Shown here: positions 16,447 to 25,416 of the stretch, one piece after another
Numbering within the stretch: the stretch's first letter is position 1
How the letters are laid out: each line of letters opens with the position of its first letter
Source of the DNA: a virus
Lineage: Duplodnaviria; Caudoviricetes
Virus record (IMG/VR): IMGVR_UViG_3300032247_001593
Span: 1-27,118 of that record
Direction: 5' to 3' (one strand)
DNA: 27,118 nucleotides
Translations under genes and position numbers: made by a program
The notes under the pieces: generated by a model
Told to the model about the DNA's origin: nothing
Seen by the model: only the letters and a program-made list of their open reading frames with translations
The model's database searches: none

Positions 16447-17004
16447 ATGAATGAAGAATATTATCTAGATCTAAACATACCATTCTTTACTGATGCACTA
16501 GTCGATAGACTTTCAGACCATGCCAACATTGCAATTAGTACTAATCAATTTCATACGTACTCAGGATACACTAGCACTGAAAAATTCGTAAACATAGTAT
16601 CAAAAGAACCAACGTTGAAAGAACTGATAGATAGCTGTAATTGTAAAGCAAATATAACCATGATGCTGTTAAATCCATGGTTTGCCATGGATATACATAT
16701 AGACGACTATTATCTAGATGTACGAAAAACTGCGATACTTTTGCCCATCATACCAGACCTTGATATAGCTAATACCAATTATTATGAAACAAAACATGAC
16801 AAACATCCATTTTTAACAGTTTCTTGGAAAAAAGGCCAACCAAAAATATTAAATGTTGAAACTCATTGGCATAATGTTGTTAATAATGCATATTGGCGAG
16901 GTATGTTACAGATTAGTTTAGACAAAACGTATTATGAAGTCTGCGATATGATAAAGACAAATACATTGTTTAATGGTATAAACTGTACAGTAACAACAAG
17001 GTAA
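16447..17004 (+). CDS. Fe(II)/2-oxoglutarate oxygenase-like cupin
   Basis: IHIDD...RKTAILLPI...WHNVVN...RGMLQISL; same layout as the preceding gene. Confidence 0.72.
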   Translation: MNEEYYLDLNIPFFTDALVDRLSDHANIAISTNQFHTYSGYTSTEKFVNIVSKEPTLKELIDSCNCKANITMMLLNPWFAMDIHIDDYYLDVRKTAILLPIIPDLDIANTNYYETKHDKHPFLTVSWKKGQPKILNVETHWHNVVNNAYWRGMLQISLDKTYYEVCDMIKTNTLFNGINCTVTTR

Positions 17005-17016
17005 TGGTAGCAACGT

Positions 17017-17646
17017 ATGCATGTTATAGATCTACTAACTACCAAAGATAAATGGGCGCATGATCTATATGATTGCGAGATAGACAATATCAAAAACGAC
17101 AATGTGCGGCTCAAAAAAAATTACATTAATATCCAGCTACAAGATTACCACTGTTTCACTATACTTGTTACCGATGATAGAGAATTAGTAGCTTTTTCCG
17201 GATTACAACGATCTGGTCCGTGGAATCAGCAAGTAGGAAGGATATCAACTAGATTTCGCATAGCCAAGAAATTTCAAACTACAGGGATGCTTAGCAGAAC
17301 TTACGATCGTAGCATCTTTTCTGGTAGTGGGTATCTCATGCCTTACCAAGTAACCAAAGCAATAGAGTTAGGATTATCTGGTGTGTTTTTCAGTCGAGAA
17401 AATACAACACAACGCAGGCATTTACAAAGCATAGCAGACCGCTGTAATGAGTTTGAAACGAGAATCAAATACGAAGTGCTTGCATCGGTAGCCAATATCT
17501 GCAAGAGAATAGATGGTCGTATCAACAATCAATATAGTTGCTGGCAAAACATTGTCTATGCTAAGATCAGCGACCCATTTGATCTCGGACTACCGTTGAC
17601 GGACCCAGAGAATGTTTTGCTAACTAATAGTGATGATACTTATTGA
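17017..17646 (+). CDS. Hypothetical protein, probable GNAT-fold acyltransferase
   Basis: ELVAFSGLQ...VGRISTRFRIAKKFQTTG...LMPYQVTKAIELGLSGVFFS resembles the GNAT beta-strand/motif A arrangement; divergent. Confidence 0.55.
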   Translation: MHVIDLLTTKDKWAHDLYDCEIDNIKNDNVRLKKNYINIQLQDYHCFTILVTDDRELVAFSGLQRSGPWNQQVGRISTRFRIAKKFQTTGMLSRTYDRSIFSGSGYLMPYQVTKAIELGLSGVFFSRENTTQRRHLQSIADRCNEFETRIKYEVLASVANICKRIDGRINNQYSCWQNIVYAKISDPFDLGLPLTDPENVLLTNSDDTY

Positions 17647-17699
17647 TAACAGAGCCGATAATGTTACATAATTGTACATAATGCAGAGGTCGACAAAAA

Positions 17700-18680
17700 A
17701 TGCACGGTGTTTTGAAGCTAGAGCCAGAAAACAACACTTTTAATAGTTTAGTTGTAGACATTACACATCGATGCAACATGGAATGTGCTAACTGTTATAT
17801 ACCAAATCGCAATGTTCCAGACATGGACATTGGTCAACTGATGCAGTTTCTCGCTAGGTTACCACATCGTACATACGTCAGATTAATAGGCGCAGAACCA
17901 ACCATGCGCGAAGATCTCGTTGATATAATCAAAGGAGTTATCAAGCTAGGTCATAAACCGAGTTTAACTACTAACGGACTTAAACTAGCACACATAGAAT
18001 ATGTAGAACAGCTTAAGAATGCTGGATTAAATATGGTCCTTATCAGTATGAACGGTGCCGACGATGACGAAGTTTATAAGACCATAGATAATGGAAAATA
18101 TGCAAATTTAAAGACTCGTGCATTAACTAACGTCTTTAAAGCTAACATGACCTCTATAAACACAGGTACGATAATTGCCAAAGGTACCAATGAACATACC
18201 ATCAAAAGACAAGTAGATTTGGTAGCCGAAATAGCAGAAGAGCTTGGCATAAATTTCAGCCAAGATAAACCATGGAGCAAGATAATCCCTGTGTTGCGCA
18301 TGAAAAGCGTTGGAGCTATAGGTAGGCATATGGGAGAAAATTTTTGTTATAGCCTAAGCGAATTGGCAGATGTTGTTGCGCAACAATTAGGAATGAACAA
18401 AGAAGATATAATGTACAATCCAGCAATCAGTGGTACAAATCTAGCAATATGGTTTAAACAGAAAGACCTTTATCAGAATAGGTATTCCAAAGATAAACCA
18501 ACCAGTGTGATGTTTCCATACCATACCAGCAGTGGTACTGTATTGATAAGATTAATAGATTGGTCAGTAGATGAAGATGGCGTGCCAGATAGAGGAAACG
18601 AAAACCGAGGACGTATTACAGAAGATTGGAAGATTGCCCCGTTCTTTGAACATGTGAAAATGAACGAATTTGGATATTGA
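17700..18680 (+). CDS. Radical SAM protein (MoaA/NifB/PqqE-like core, no C-terminal Cys cluster)
   Basis: DITHRCNMECANCY, LIGAEPT, LTTNGL, ISMNG; GAGGT SD. Confidence 0.9.
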   Translation: MHGVLKLEPENNTFNSLVVDITHRCNMECANCYIPNRNVPDMDIGQLMQFLARLPHRTYVRLIGAEPTMREDLVDIIKGVIKLGHKPSLTTNGLKLAHIEYVEQLKNAGLNMVLISMNGADDDEVYKTIDNGKYANLKTRALTNVFKANMTSINTGTIIAKGTNEHTIKRQVDLVAEIAEELGINFSQDKPWSKIIPVLRMKSVGAIGRHMGENFCYSLSELADVVAQQLGMNKEDIMYNPAISGTNLAIWFKQKDLYQNRYSKDKPTSVMFPYHTSSGTVLIRLIDWSVDEDGVPDRGNENRGRITEDWKIAPFFEHVKMNEFGY

Positions 18681-19509
18681 AATGATAATAATAGATGTAA
18701 ATCATTTTGAACACGATATTCCTGCGTTGTTGTTTGAACATCAAATTTTGGTGCTTAGAAACTTAAGCGTGTCTGAAAAAAACATGGTCGAACTGGGCGA
18801 GATGTTTGGTCAGATATTATCTAACACCGTTAATGATAATGACGCAGCATTTGCAGTAGACCGTGATGCAAAAATATTACGTGTTAGCAACATTAAGAGT
18901 GGGGAAAACCCCACTGGCCTATTTGGTAATAATGATCTAGAATGGCACAACGATTTTGCACATAGTCCGGGAAACTATCACGGTACAATGCTATACAATG
19001 AGATCGGAGGAGAGCTAGCAGAAACTATATTTTGTGATACTAGATCAGCATATTATGATTTAAGTGCAGAGCTTCAAGATATGGTTAATGACCGGATTGG
19101 GCATCACAGGGTTACCGAAAAAGCCTACAGGAGATCATTAAGTAAGGCAGAAAAACGATTACTTAACATGACCAAATGGAAACCAAAAAACGCAGAATTT
19201 AGCCTGGCGTGCGTACACCCCGATGACACTCTAAGGCCGATTGCACCTATACATCCTGTAACCGGTAAACGATCGTTATATCTAGCACCTGCTACATATG
19301 TTGGTTCTAATCCAGAAATAACAGAAGAAGAATATTCCAACTTACTAGTACATTGCGAACAATCAAAATATATCTATTCGCATAAATGGCAATCCAACGA
19401 CATACTAGTATTTGACAATCTATCAACTATGCATCGTAGAAGTGCATTTGAAGGCGATAGGGTACTATGGAGGATGCAATTCAATTATGACAAGCACATG
19501 GTTAGATAA
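18670..19509 (+). CDS. TauD/TfdA-family Fe(II)/2OG dioxygenase
   Basis: WHND, TIFCD...AY, HPVTGKRSLY, HKWQSNDILVFDNLSTMHRR, RVLWR. True start may be the ATG at 18682. Confidence 0.9.
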   Translation: MDIEMIIIDVNHFEHDIPALLFEHQILVLRNLSVSEKNMVELGEMFGQILSNTVNDNDAAFAVDRDAKILRVSNIKSGENPTGLFGNNDLEWHNDFAHSPGNYHGTMLYNEIGGELAETIFCDTRSAYYDLSAELQDMVNDRIGHHRVTEKAYRRSLSKAEKRLLNMTKWKPKNAEFSLACVHPDDTLRPIAPIHPVTGKRSLYLAPATYVGSNPEITEEEYSNLLVHCEQSKYIYSHKWQSNDILVFDNLSTMHRRSAFEGDRVLWRMQFNYDKHMVR

Positions 19510-20179
19510 GAATCAACTGCCACCGTTTAAACGTCTAAAGATACAGTTTGATCCAGTAAAGCTCAGAGACGAGTTAGCATACCTCACGAATACTAGAGAT
19601 TTTAATGCGTATGATAACGAATACAAAGAACTCTTTCACGGTAATGCATCGGCAGATAATGATCAAGCCCACAACAAGAACAAAGTCAGCATCAAAGAAC
19701 AATTTAACACCTTACCACTCACAGTATTTGATGAGAATTTTGATCTAAGCCAACGTACAGAGATGAGCAACAGTATCTGGGATAGGCGAGTAGCTAAGAA
19801 CAATACAAAGCTTGACGAGAGATTTTATCGCAAACCAGTTGATGGCATACCGTCTCATACTGCATCAGTTATGAAGTCATTTGCACCATACGTGCATCGC
19901 ACTAGATATACAAAGTTATGTGCAGGACATCGTATCGACGAACACGTCGACTATGATACAAAATATAGTGTTAGGTTGATGATGGCGATAGATACCAATG
20001 ATCAATGTATCAATGGTTGGAGGATGCCAAATGGTGAAACTGAGCTAGTTCATATACCAGCAGACGGATCAATTTGGTTTATTAACCAGGGTATACCTCA
20101 TTGGGCAATCAATAACGGTCAAACTGATCGAGTTCATTTGATACTAAGTGTTGATAGCCAACGTGTGTTGGATTTTTGA
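19487..20179 (+). CDS. Aspartyl/asparaginyl beta-hydroxylase-like Fe(II)/2OG oxygenase
   Basis: Likely start MTSTWLDK at 19487 (GGAGG upstream); RTRYTKL..GHRIDEHVD, HIPADGSIWFINQG.PHWAINNGQTDRVHLI. Confidence 0.85.
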   Translation: MTSTWLDKNQLPPFKRLKIQFDPVKLRDELAYLTNTRDFNAYDNEYKELFHGNASADNDQAHNKNKVSIKEQFNTLPLTVFDENFDLSQRTEMSNSIWDRRVAKNNTKLDERFYRKPVDGIPSHTASVMKSFAPYVHRTRYTKLCAGHRIDEHVDYDTKYSVRLMMAIDTNDQCINGWRMPNGETELVHIPADGSIWFINQGIPHWAINNGQTDRVHLILSVDSQRVLDF

Positions 20180-20181
20180 AA

Positions 20182-21081
20182 ATGTTTGAATATACCAAAG
20201 ACAATCATCATGCTTGGTCTATAGATGGCGTAGATTTTGCCTGGCATACTGGACCAGATCACCTGTTTGACGCAAGGCACGGTAAAGTCAATCCAAGCCA
20301 GGTTTTTGATTTTCGCACAGAAGTAAACAAGACAGTCGAATGCATCCGTGCATCTGTTAGCGATGAGATATTTGTAACCTTTAGCGGAGGAATAGACGGC
20401 GAAGTAATCTGCAGATCGTTTATAGAATGCGGATACAAAGTTACTCCATTAACCTATGTTTACAAATACGGTGTTAATGAGTATGATGTTGGATACGCCA
20501 GAGATTTTTGCAAAAAATTTGACATCAAAGGTATAGAAATTGAGATAGATATCATGGATTTTTGGCATAACCAAGTCGATCTATACTGTGAAAAGTACAT
20601 GTTGCCTCATTGGATATGCACATGGAAAGCATTTTTATTTGATAGCTTTGATGGTTTCTTAATACAAGCGCAAGGTTGGCCGCAATTGTTAGATGTCAAC
20701 GGCCAACTTCTTATCAAAGAAGATAGCCATCATATGAATCCGTTAGTGCTCTCCGGGCAAGCAGGTATAGGTGAATTTTACAAATATAGGCCAGAACTAA
20801 CCTATTCGTGGTTAACAGATCCGGATGTGTACAGATGGTCAGGGTTAATGCAAAAACCGTTTGAATCTATAGGCCAAGAGAAACATTTTAAGTTTTTTGC
20901 GTTAAGCAAATTTTATCTAGACGATAAACATCCGCTTGCACTGCGAGAAAAGCGTACAGGTATGGAAACCATAGGAAAGTACGCAAATGATGCCATGCAC
21001 AAATGCCGTAAACGCTATGAAAATAATGTGAAAATCAAAACCTGGAATTACGCCAGCTATCTTAACTTAATATCGATCTAA
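20182..21081 (+). CDS. PP-loop (adenine nucleotide alpha-hydrolase / asparagine-synthase-C-like) protein
   Basis: IFVTFSGGIDGE (SGGxDS-type loop with Ser replaced by Gly), DVGYARDFCKKFDI, C-terminal REKRTGME. Start at ATG 20182 or TTG 20176. Confidence 0.72.
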   Translation: MFEYTKDNHHAWSIDGVDFAWHTGPDHLFDARHGKVNPSQVFDFRTEVNKTVECIRASVSDEIFVTFSGGIDGEVICRSFIECGYKVTPLTYVYKYGVNEYDVGYARDFCKKFDIKGIEIEIDIMDFWHNQVDLYCEKYMLPHWICTWKAFLFDSFDGFLIQAQGWPQLLDVNGQLLIKEDSHHMNPLVLSGQAGIGEFYKYRPELTYSWLTDPDVYRWSGLMQKPFESIGQEKHFKFFALSKFYLDDKHPLALREKRTGMETIGKYANDAMHKCRKRYENNVKIKTWNYASYLNLISI

Positions 21082-21092
21082 GAATGTACCCG

Positions 21093-21845
21093 TTAAATTT
21101 CATATAATTCAGGGTGTCGTTGTCGTAGATTGCCCCAAGGCACTGGAATTATTTCTCTTAGAGGTCTTCCGATGTCAGTAAGCATGTTTGTTGTAATAGC
21201 ATAATCTTTATATTTTTCATAGCTTCTATCTATGATCTGTTGATGTGCAACCTCATCGAGAATTCCACTTACAAATAGAGTTTCTTTATCTTCTCTTGGA
21301 AGAGTACCATGCAATGATTTTGAACATGTCATGCTCCAATTATTTGTTGAAAATGGAAGATTTCCAAAGAGATATTTTCCTCGGTCCAATTCGTCGTCAT
21401 TCAATCCTTGCATTGTACTAACATAGAACGCATCATGTGTATCACCTAAACTAACTCGATATGCATATGGATCATACCGTCTTACATGATCTGGTAATTG
21501 GTGCAGTGGGTAATCGTAGTGAGGTGGCATTAATTTATTATCTTTGGCTCCAATGAAGCTCACAAATGTAATCAATTTAAACGGCAAAAGTTTGACATGC
21601 TCGATAACTTCTTGGAAATGATCAGTAGCAGTTGTAGTCCATTGCCAGTCTAACGTCTCATCATAGATATGATAGAATGATTTAGATTTAGAATCAATTG
21701 GACCTCTGAGGTGCACCGACCGAAAGAATCTATCACCAAATACTTCGTCAGACATGCGCTGTTTCCTAAACATCTTAATCTTATCTAGATTGGTAGAAAG
21801 TTTAGGAATATCAATTGGCAGAAAGAGGATGTTATCTCGTACCAT
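21093..21845 (-). CDS. Hypothetical protein, probable Fe(II)/2OG oxygenase-like fold
   Basis: LPFKLITFVSFI...MPPHYD...YR...LHGT...KETLFVSGILD gives HxD...H with a basic residue; divergent. Confidence 0.55.
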   Translation of the reverse strand: MVRDNILFLPIDIPKLSTNLDKIKMFRKQRMSDEVFGDRFFRSVHLRGPIDSKSKSFYHIYDETLDWQWTTTATDHFQEVIEHVKLLPFKLITFVSFIGAKDNKLMPPHYDYPLHQLPDHVRRYDPYAYRVSLGDTHDAFYVSTMQGLNDDELDRGKYLFGNLPFSTNNWSMTCSKSLHGTLPREDKETLFVSGILDEVAHQQIIDRSYEKYKDYAITTNMLTDIGRPLREIIPVPWGNLRQRHPELYEI

Positions 21846-21862
21846 AAATCAAAAGTTTCCCT

Positions 21863-22429
21863 TTAATCTAATAGACATGCTACTAAATGTATTCTGTCAT
21901 CTAGACCAGCATTGAATGCAGTATGGTATTTTGTAGTATCGGCTATGTATGCCGTACCGTCAGCAGGCAAATGATTGGCAGTATCTTCAATAACCAGATG
22001 CGCACCTAAATTAGTTATAATTGGTATATGTAATCTTTTTTCAGAATCGGCATGCCAACTAAGGCAGCTTTTAGGTCGAGACCTCATAAGACGTATTCTA
22101 CCAAGATTATACCTTGTTGAGATTATATCATAAACATTTTTAAACACTGTGTTTTCAAATTCTCGAACAAAATGAACAAAATCAGATTCCTTCTTAGTAA
22201 TTTGATTTTTCTTTAGGTTTCCGGATTGATCAAATGGATCATTGCCCCAGGCATAGATCAAACTGCCAGTACCATCATACCATGCTGCATCAGCGTTTGA
22301 ATCCAAGCTGTGAGTTAGACCGATTTGGTTGTGAGACGAATGCCAGTCACAAATAGATAATATATCAGATAAACCACTACGCAATTCATCTATATTAAAT
22401 CTAAGATCAGTTGCTTGAATGAATCTCAC
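21863..22429 (-). CDS. Aspartyl/asparaginyl beta-hydroxylase-like Fe(II)/2OG oxygenase
   Basis: GRIRLM..RPKSCLSWHADSEKRLHIPIITN, HLPADG, HTAFNAG..DRIHLV; GTGA overlap. Confidence 0.87.
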   Translation of the reverse strand: MRFIQATDLRFNIDELRSGLSDILSICDWHSSHNQIGLTHSLDSNADAAWYDGTGSLIYAWGNDPFDQSGNLKKNQITKKESDFVHFVREFENTVFKNVYDIISTRYNLGRIRLMRSRPKSCLSWHADSEKRLHIPIITNLGAHLVIEDTANHLPADGTAYIADTTKYHTAFNAGLDDRIHLVACLLD

Positions 22430-23556
22430 GATATCAACTTTCTGTTTTTTGGTATCTTGCTGTCTGCTGAGCTAACACAAGCATCTGATATGCAAGGCAT
22501 TGGTTGATCAAATAACTTAAATCCAGTTTCTATATAACCCAGAGGTTTGTCACTGCAACTATAGCTGCGTTTGATAGCACCGTCTGGTTCTCTGATGATG
22601 ATGCTTCTATAACCGCTTTCGCAATCCCAACCATTAAACTTGTTGAAATTAAACGCATTGAATCGCTCAGCTTGATCCATATACCATTTCTTGCCAGTAT
22701 TATCTTCAAATTCTACCTGCATTATCTGAGGGACCGTGGCATCGTCGCCGTTGTTAATGCTCATCTTCTGCATGCTGATCTTTGGTTTTGGTCTCTCAAC
22801 CTTGCTCTTTACAGCAGTGAAATCGCGCTGCGGCATGCCATTGTGCAGCGTGGCTAGCTGTTCTTTGGTATACCCATCTACTACCTTGCTAGCTGTTGGA
22901 TCACTCTGAGGTTTAAGCGTGACATTTATACCGCGGCTGAGAAAATATTCTGCTTCAGCATACAGAGTATCGAACCACTCTGGTACCATCACAGTGTTGA
23001 CTGTAACTTGCACATCATTTTCTTGCAAGAATACTAATTTGTCAGCAAATTTTTCAGTATGCTCCTTTAGATCACCTTGCTTTATACCCTGCTCCCTGTG
23101 CCAGCTTGCTGTCACGCTCACTCGATTGATGTCTTTGGTTGCATCCACATATTTTTCAAACCATCGTAGACCTTGAGATATGTTTGATGTCATGTGCACG
23201 CTTTGATAATTGCAATTTGCTGTATCATTGCTGTAGTGCTCTAATAATCGCAGATAGTCAGGATACACAGTCGGCTCGCCGCCACTGAAACTGAAATGGA
23301 AGCTGTTATAACCACGTTCGCGGCTTTGCCGTTTGATCTCATCCATGGTCATAGCGTTAAGTTCAAACGGACGATAATCTTTGGTATCGCTGCGAGCATA
23401 TGGCCAACAATAGCTGCACTTATAATTGCAATAGCGTCCTAGCAACCAACTAACAGCAAATATGTCTCGATAAAGCAGTGTACGCTGTCCAAACCTAGTG
23501 ATGCGGTTAAATGGTATCTGTGTGAAATCGTAGGAGCTTACTGCATCATTGGACAT
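22426..23556 (-). CDS. Radical SAM protein with C-terminal twitch/SPASM-like Cys cluster
   Basis: WLLGRYCNYKCSYC, FSFSGGEPT, MTSN, ASWH, C-terminal WDCESG...SYSC...PCISDAC. Confidence 0.9.
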   Translation of the reverse strand: MSNDAVSSYDFTQIPFNRITRFGQRTLLYRDIFAVSWLLGRYCNYKCSYCWPYARSDTKDYRPFELNAMTMDEIKRQSRERGYNSFHFSFSGGEPTVYPDYLRLLEHYSNDTANCNYQSVHMTSNISQGLRWFEKYVDATKDINRVSVTASWHREQGIKQGDLKEHTEKFADKLVFLQENDVQVTVNTVMVPEWFDTLYAEAEYFLSRGINVTLKPQSDPTASKVVDGYTKEQLATLHNGMPQRDFTAVKSKVERPKPKISMQKMSINNGDDATVPQIMQVEFEDNTGKKWYMDQAERFNAFNFNKFNGWDCESGYRSIIIREPDGAIKRSYSCSDKPLGYIETGFKLFDQPMPCISDACVSSADSKIPKNRKLIS

Positions 23557-24109
23557 TTGTAATCTCCTGCACAGGATCTATACTAAGTTCATTTATAGAG
23601 ACATCAGTTGGTTGATCCAATATCCATTTGACATAATTTGCTGCGACATCGATATCCATGCATGTTCGATTAGGATGCTTATGTTGATTGTTGGTTAACG
23701 TGCCAAAGCTTAACAAAGTCACTCGAGGACCTCCGCTCCATGTGCCTAGTAAACCTAAACTATTGCAATAGCTTCGCAGTGCTTTCTTTTCCTGCTGATA
23801 TATCCAATCGCTAGCTTTAGATGTGCGATCAGTGGTGCTGCCTACGCACACGATGCGCAGATCATGTTTAGCATCTTTTGCTGCCTTGTACACTTCTTGC
23901 AGCAACAGCGTTTGCTGGAATTGCCATAACGCACTGTTGTTTATAAACACATCATAATTCAAAGCTTCTTGTGCCAGATCTCGTCGACGTTGGTCTAATG
24001 CTAAATCCCAGCCATTTTGCCTGCTTGCAAAAGCAGCATTGGGCCATAACTTATGCAGAGAATTAGCCAATCCTTTGTTTGGATTGCCGGTTATTAGCAG
24101 TTTAGTCAA
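23546..24109 (-). CDS. Short-chain dehydrogenase/reductase (compact SDR)
   Basis: LLITGNPNKGLA (degenerate TGxxxGxG), DVFINNS, VGS, YQQEK (YxxxK); TTG start after GGAGAG. Confidence 0.8.
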   Translation of the reverse strand: MTKLLITGNPNKGLANSLHKLWPNAAFASRQNGWDLALDQRRRDLAQEALNYDVFINNSALWQFQQTLLLQEVYKAAKDAKHDLRIVCVGSTTDRTSKASDWIYQQEKKALRSYCNSLGLLGTWSGGPRVTLLSFGTLTNNQHKHPNRTCMDIDVAANYVKWILDQPTDVSINELSIDPVQEITNVQ

Positions 24110-25416
24110 AGATACTCTCCGATCTCTGGGATTATGTCAATTATATTATCACCTCGTATCTGATCCATCTTTGATGTATAAGATACAAATCCTTGCCAGT
24201 GAGTTGGATAATAATCTGCTGACATCATATAGTCTATTATGCTCTTGCGTATGCTGTCGCTCTGCGCCACCACGTGATCTGAAAATCCCTGAGATACAAC
24301 CCATTCATGAAATTCATTAAATTTCTGTATCACTAATTCTTTAAACGCCGTAGGCAGCACTCGTATGTTTAGGTAGGGCGGATTATGTGCAACATGATGT
24401 GTAACTATTGGTCGACGCATGGTATTATTAAATTTGGTTAGACCGCTTTCGACCAGTTTCCATTTCATGAATTCTGGCATGTGTAATACATTGTATGCGG
24501 TAACAGTGTAAGCAAACCAGGCGTTAATGCTAGCTACCTCATCATCAACCTTTTGTATGTTGCGCCAAACTTTGCTCCATTCTGCAGGATATCTTTGATA
24601 TTCTAACACCTTCCCGTAACCATCGATACTAGCACCAATCTGTATCATCTTGAAATTCTTCCAGAGGTTGATGACACGAGATGGCATGGTAGTCATGTTA
24701 GTGTTATATTCTATCAACATGTTTGCAGCTGCGCCGTTCTCTATGCAACGTTCTAGGAATTCGTAGTGTCTCTCTATCAAGAGAGGTTCGCCGCCAGCCA
24801 TGTACACATGCTGTACATTACTCGCATTGCTTTCGATCTGTTTCCAAAAACTGTCACTGTCATGCCAACTATAACTGTTGCTAATCCATTTGCCGTTCTG
24901 TTTGAACATCTGTTCTCGGCCATGTGTGTCATTAAACCAATCTACGTCATGGAGCTTGTTCCAATCGTCATACCAGCCTGTGCTGTCTTGTGGTCCGCAC
25001 ATGCGGCATGCTAGGTTGCAGAGATTACCAAATCGCAGATCATAATAGGTAACAGGTAGTTTTGTTGTATCTATGGTCCCATCATCAGCAGTATGTTCAA
25101 TCACGTCTTCTTTGCGCAAAGACCACCTATCGTGCTCGTAATTGCGCCTGCTCACCAAACCAGATTCTTCTTCTGATTTGCAACGTCCGCACTCGTCGCT
25201 CCATACACCATCAAACATGTTCTTGCGCATGATCTTCATGAGATCGCTGTTGCGTGCCTCGGTTAGATCATCAGACGCTGCATTATACGGCGTTCCATCT
25301 GATTTACGTAGGACGCCTTTGTTCTTAGTAATGTTAGCCTGACAGCATACCCGTAGATCACCATTGCTTCGAACTGCCTGGAAGTTCCAGGGTATTGGGC
25401 ACCATGTATCTGTCAT
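24106..25416 (-). CDS. Radical SAM protein with N-terminal SPASM/twitch-like Cys cluster
   Basis: WCPIPW, RVCC, ECGRC, DLRFGNLCNLACRMC, AGGEPLL, YNTN, ASIDG, YQRYPAEW. Confidence 0.92.
   Translation of the reverse strand: MTDTWCPIPWNFQAVRSNGDLRVCCQANITKNKGVLRKSDGTPYNAASDDLTEARNSDLMKIMRKNMFDGVWSDECGRCKSEEESGLVSRRNYEHDRWSLRKEDVIEHTADDGTIDTTKLPVTYYDLRFGNLCNLACRMCGPQDSTGWYDDWNKLHDVDWFNDTHGREQMFKQNGKWISNSYSWHDSDSFWKQIESNASNVQHVYMAGGEPLLIERHYEFLERCIENGAAANMLIEYNTNMTTMPSRVINLWKNFKMIQIGASIDGYGKVLEYQRYPAEWSKVWRNIQKVDDEVASINAWFAYTVTAYNVLHMPEFMKWKLVESGLTKFNNTMRRPIVTHHVAHNPPYLNIRVLPTAFKELVIQKFNEFHEWVVSQGFSDHVVAQSDSIRKSIIDYMMSADYYPTHWQGFVSYTSKMDQIRGDNIIDIIPEIGEYL

Noticed and set aside
17700-21081. MoaA, or the 7-deazaguanine pathway (QueE/QueC)
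   Set aside because: The radical SAM protein lacks the MoaA C-terminal Cys cluster and GG end; the PP-loop protein lacks the QueC zinc Cys motif; no FolE, QueD or DpdA is in the window.
22426-23556. Viperin-like antiviral enzyme (CNYKC..C and FSGGEP resemble viperin)
   Set aside because: These motifs are generic to radical SAM enzymes. The C-terminus has a twitch-like Cys cluster rather than recognisable viperin motifs; an HMM search would settle it.
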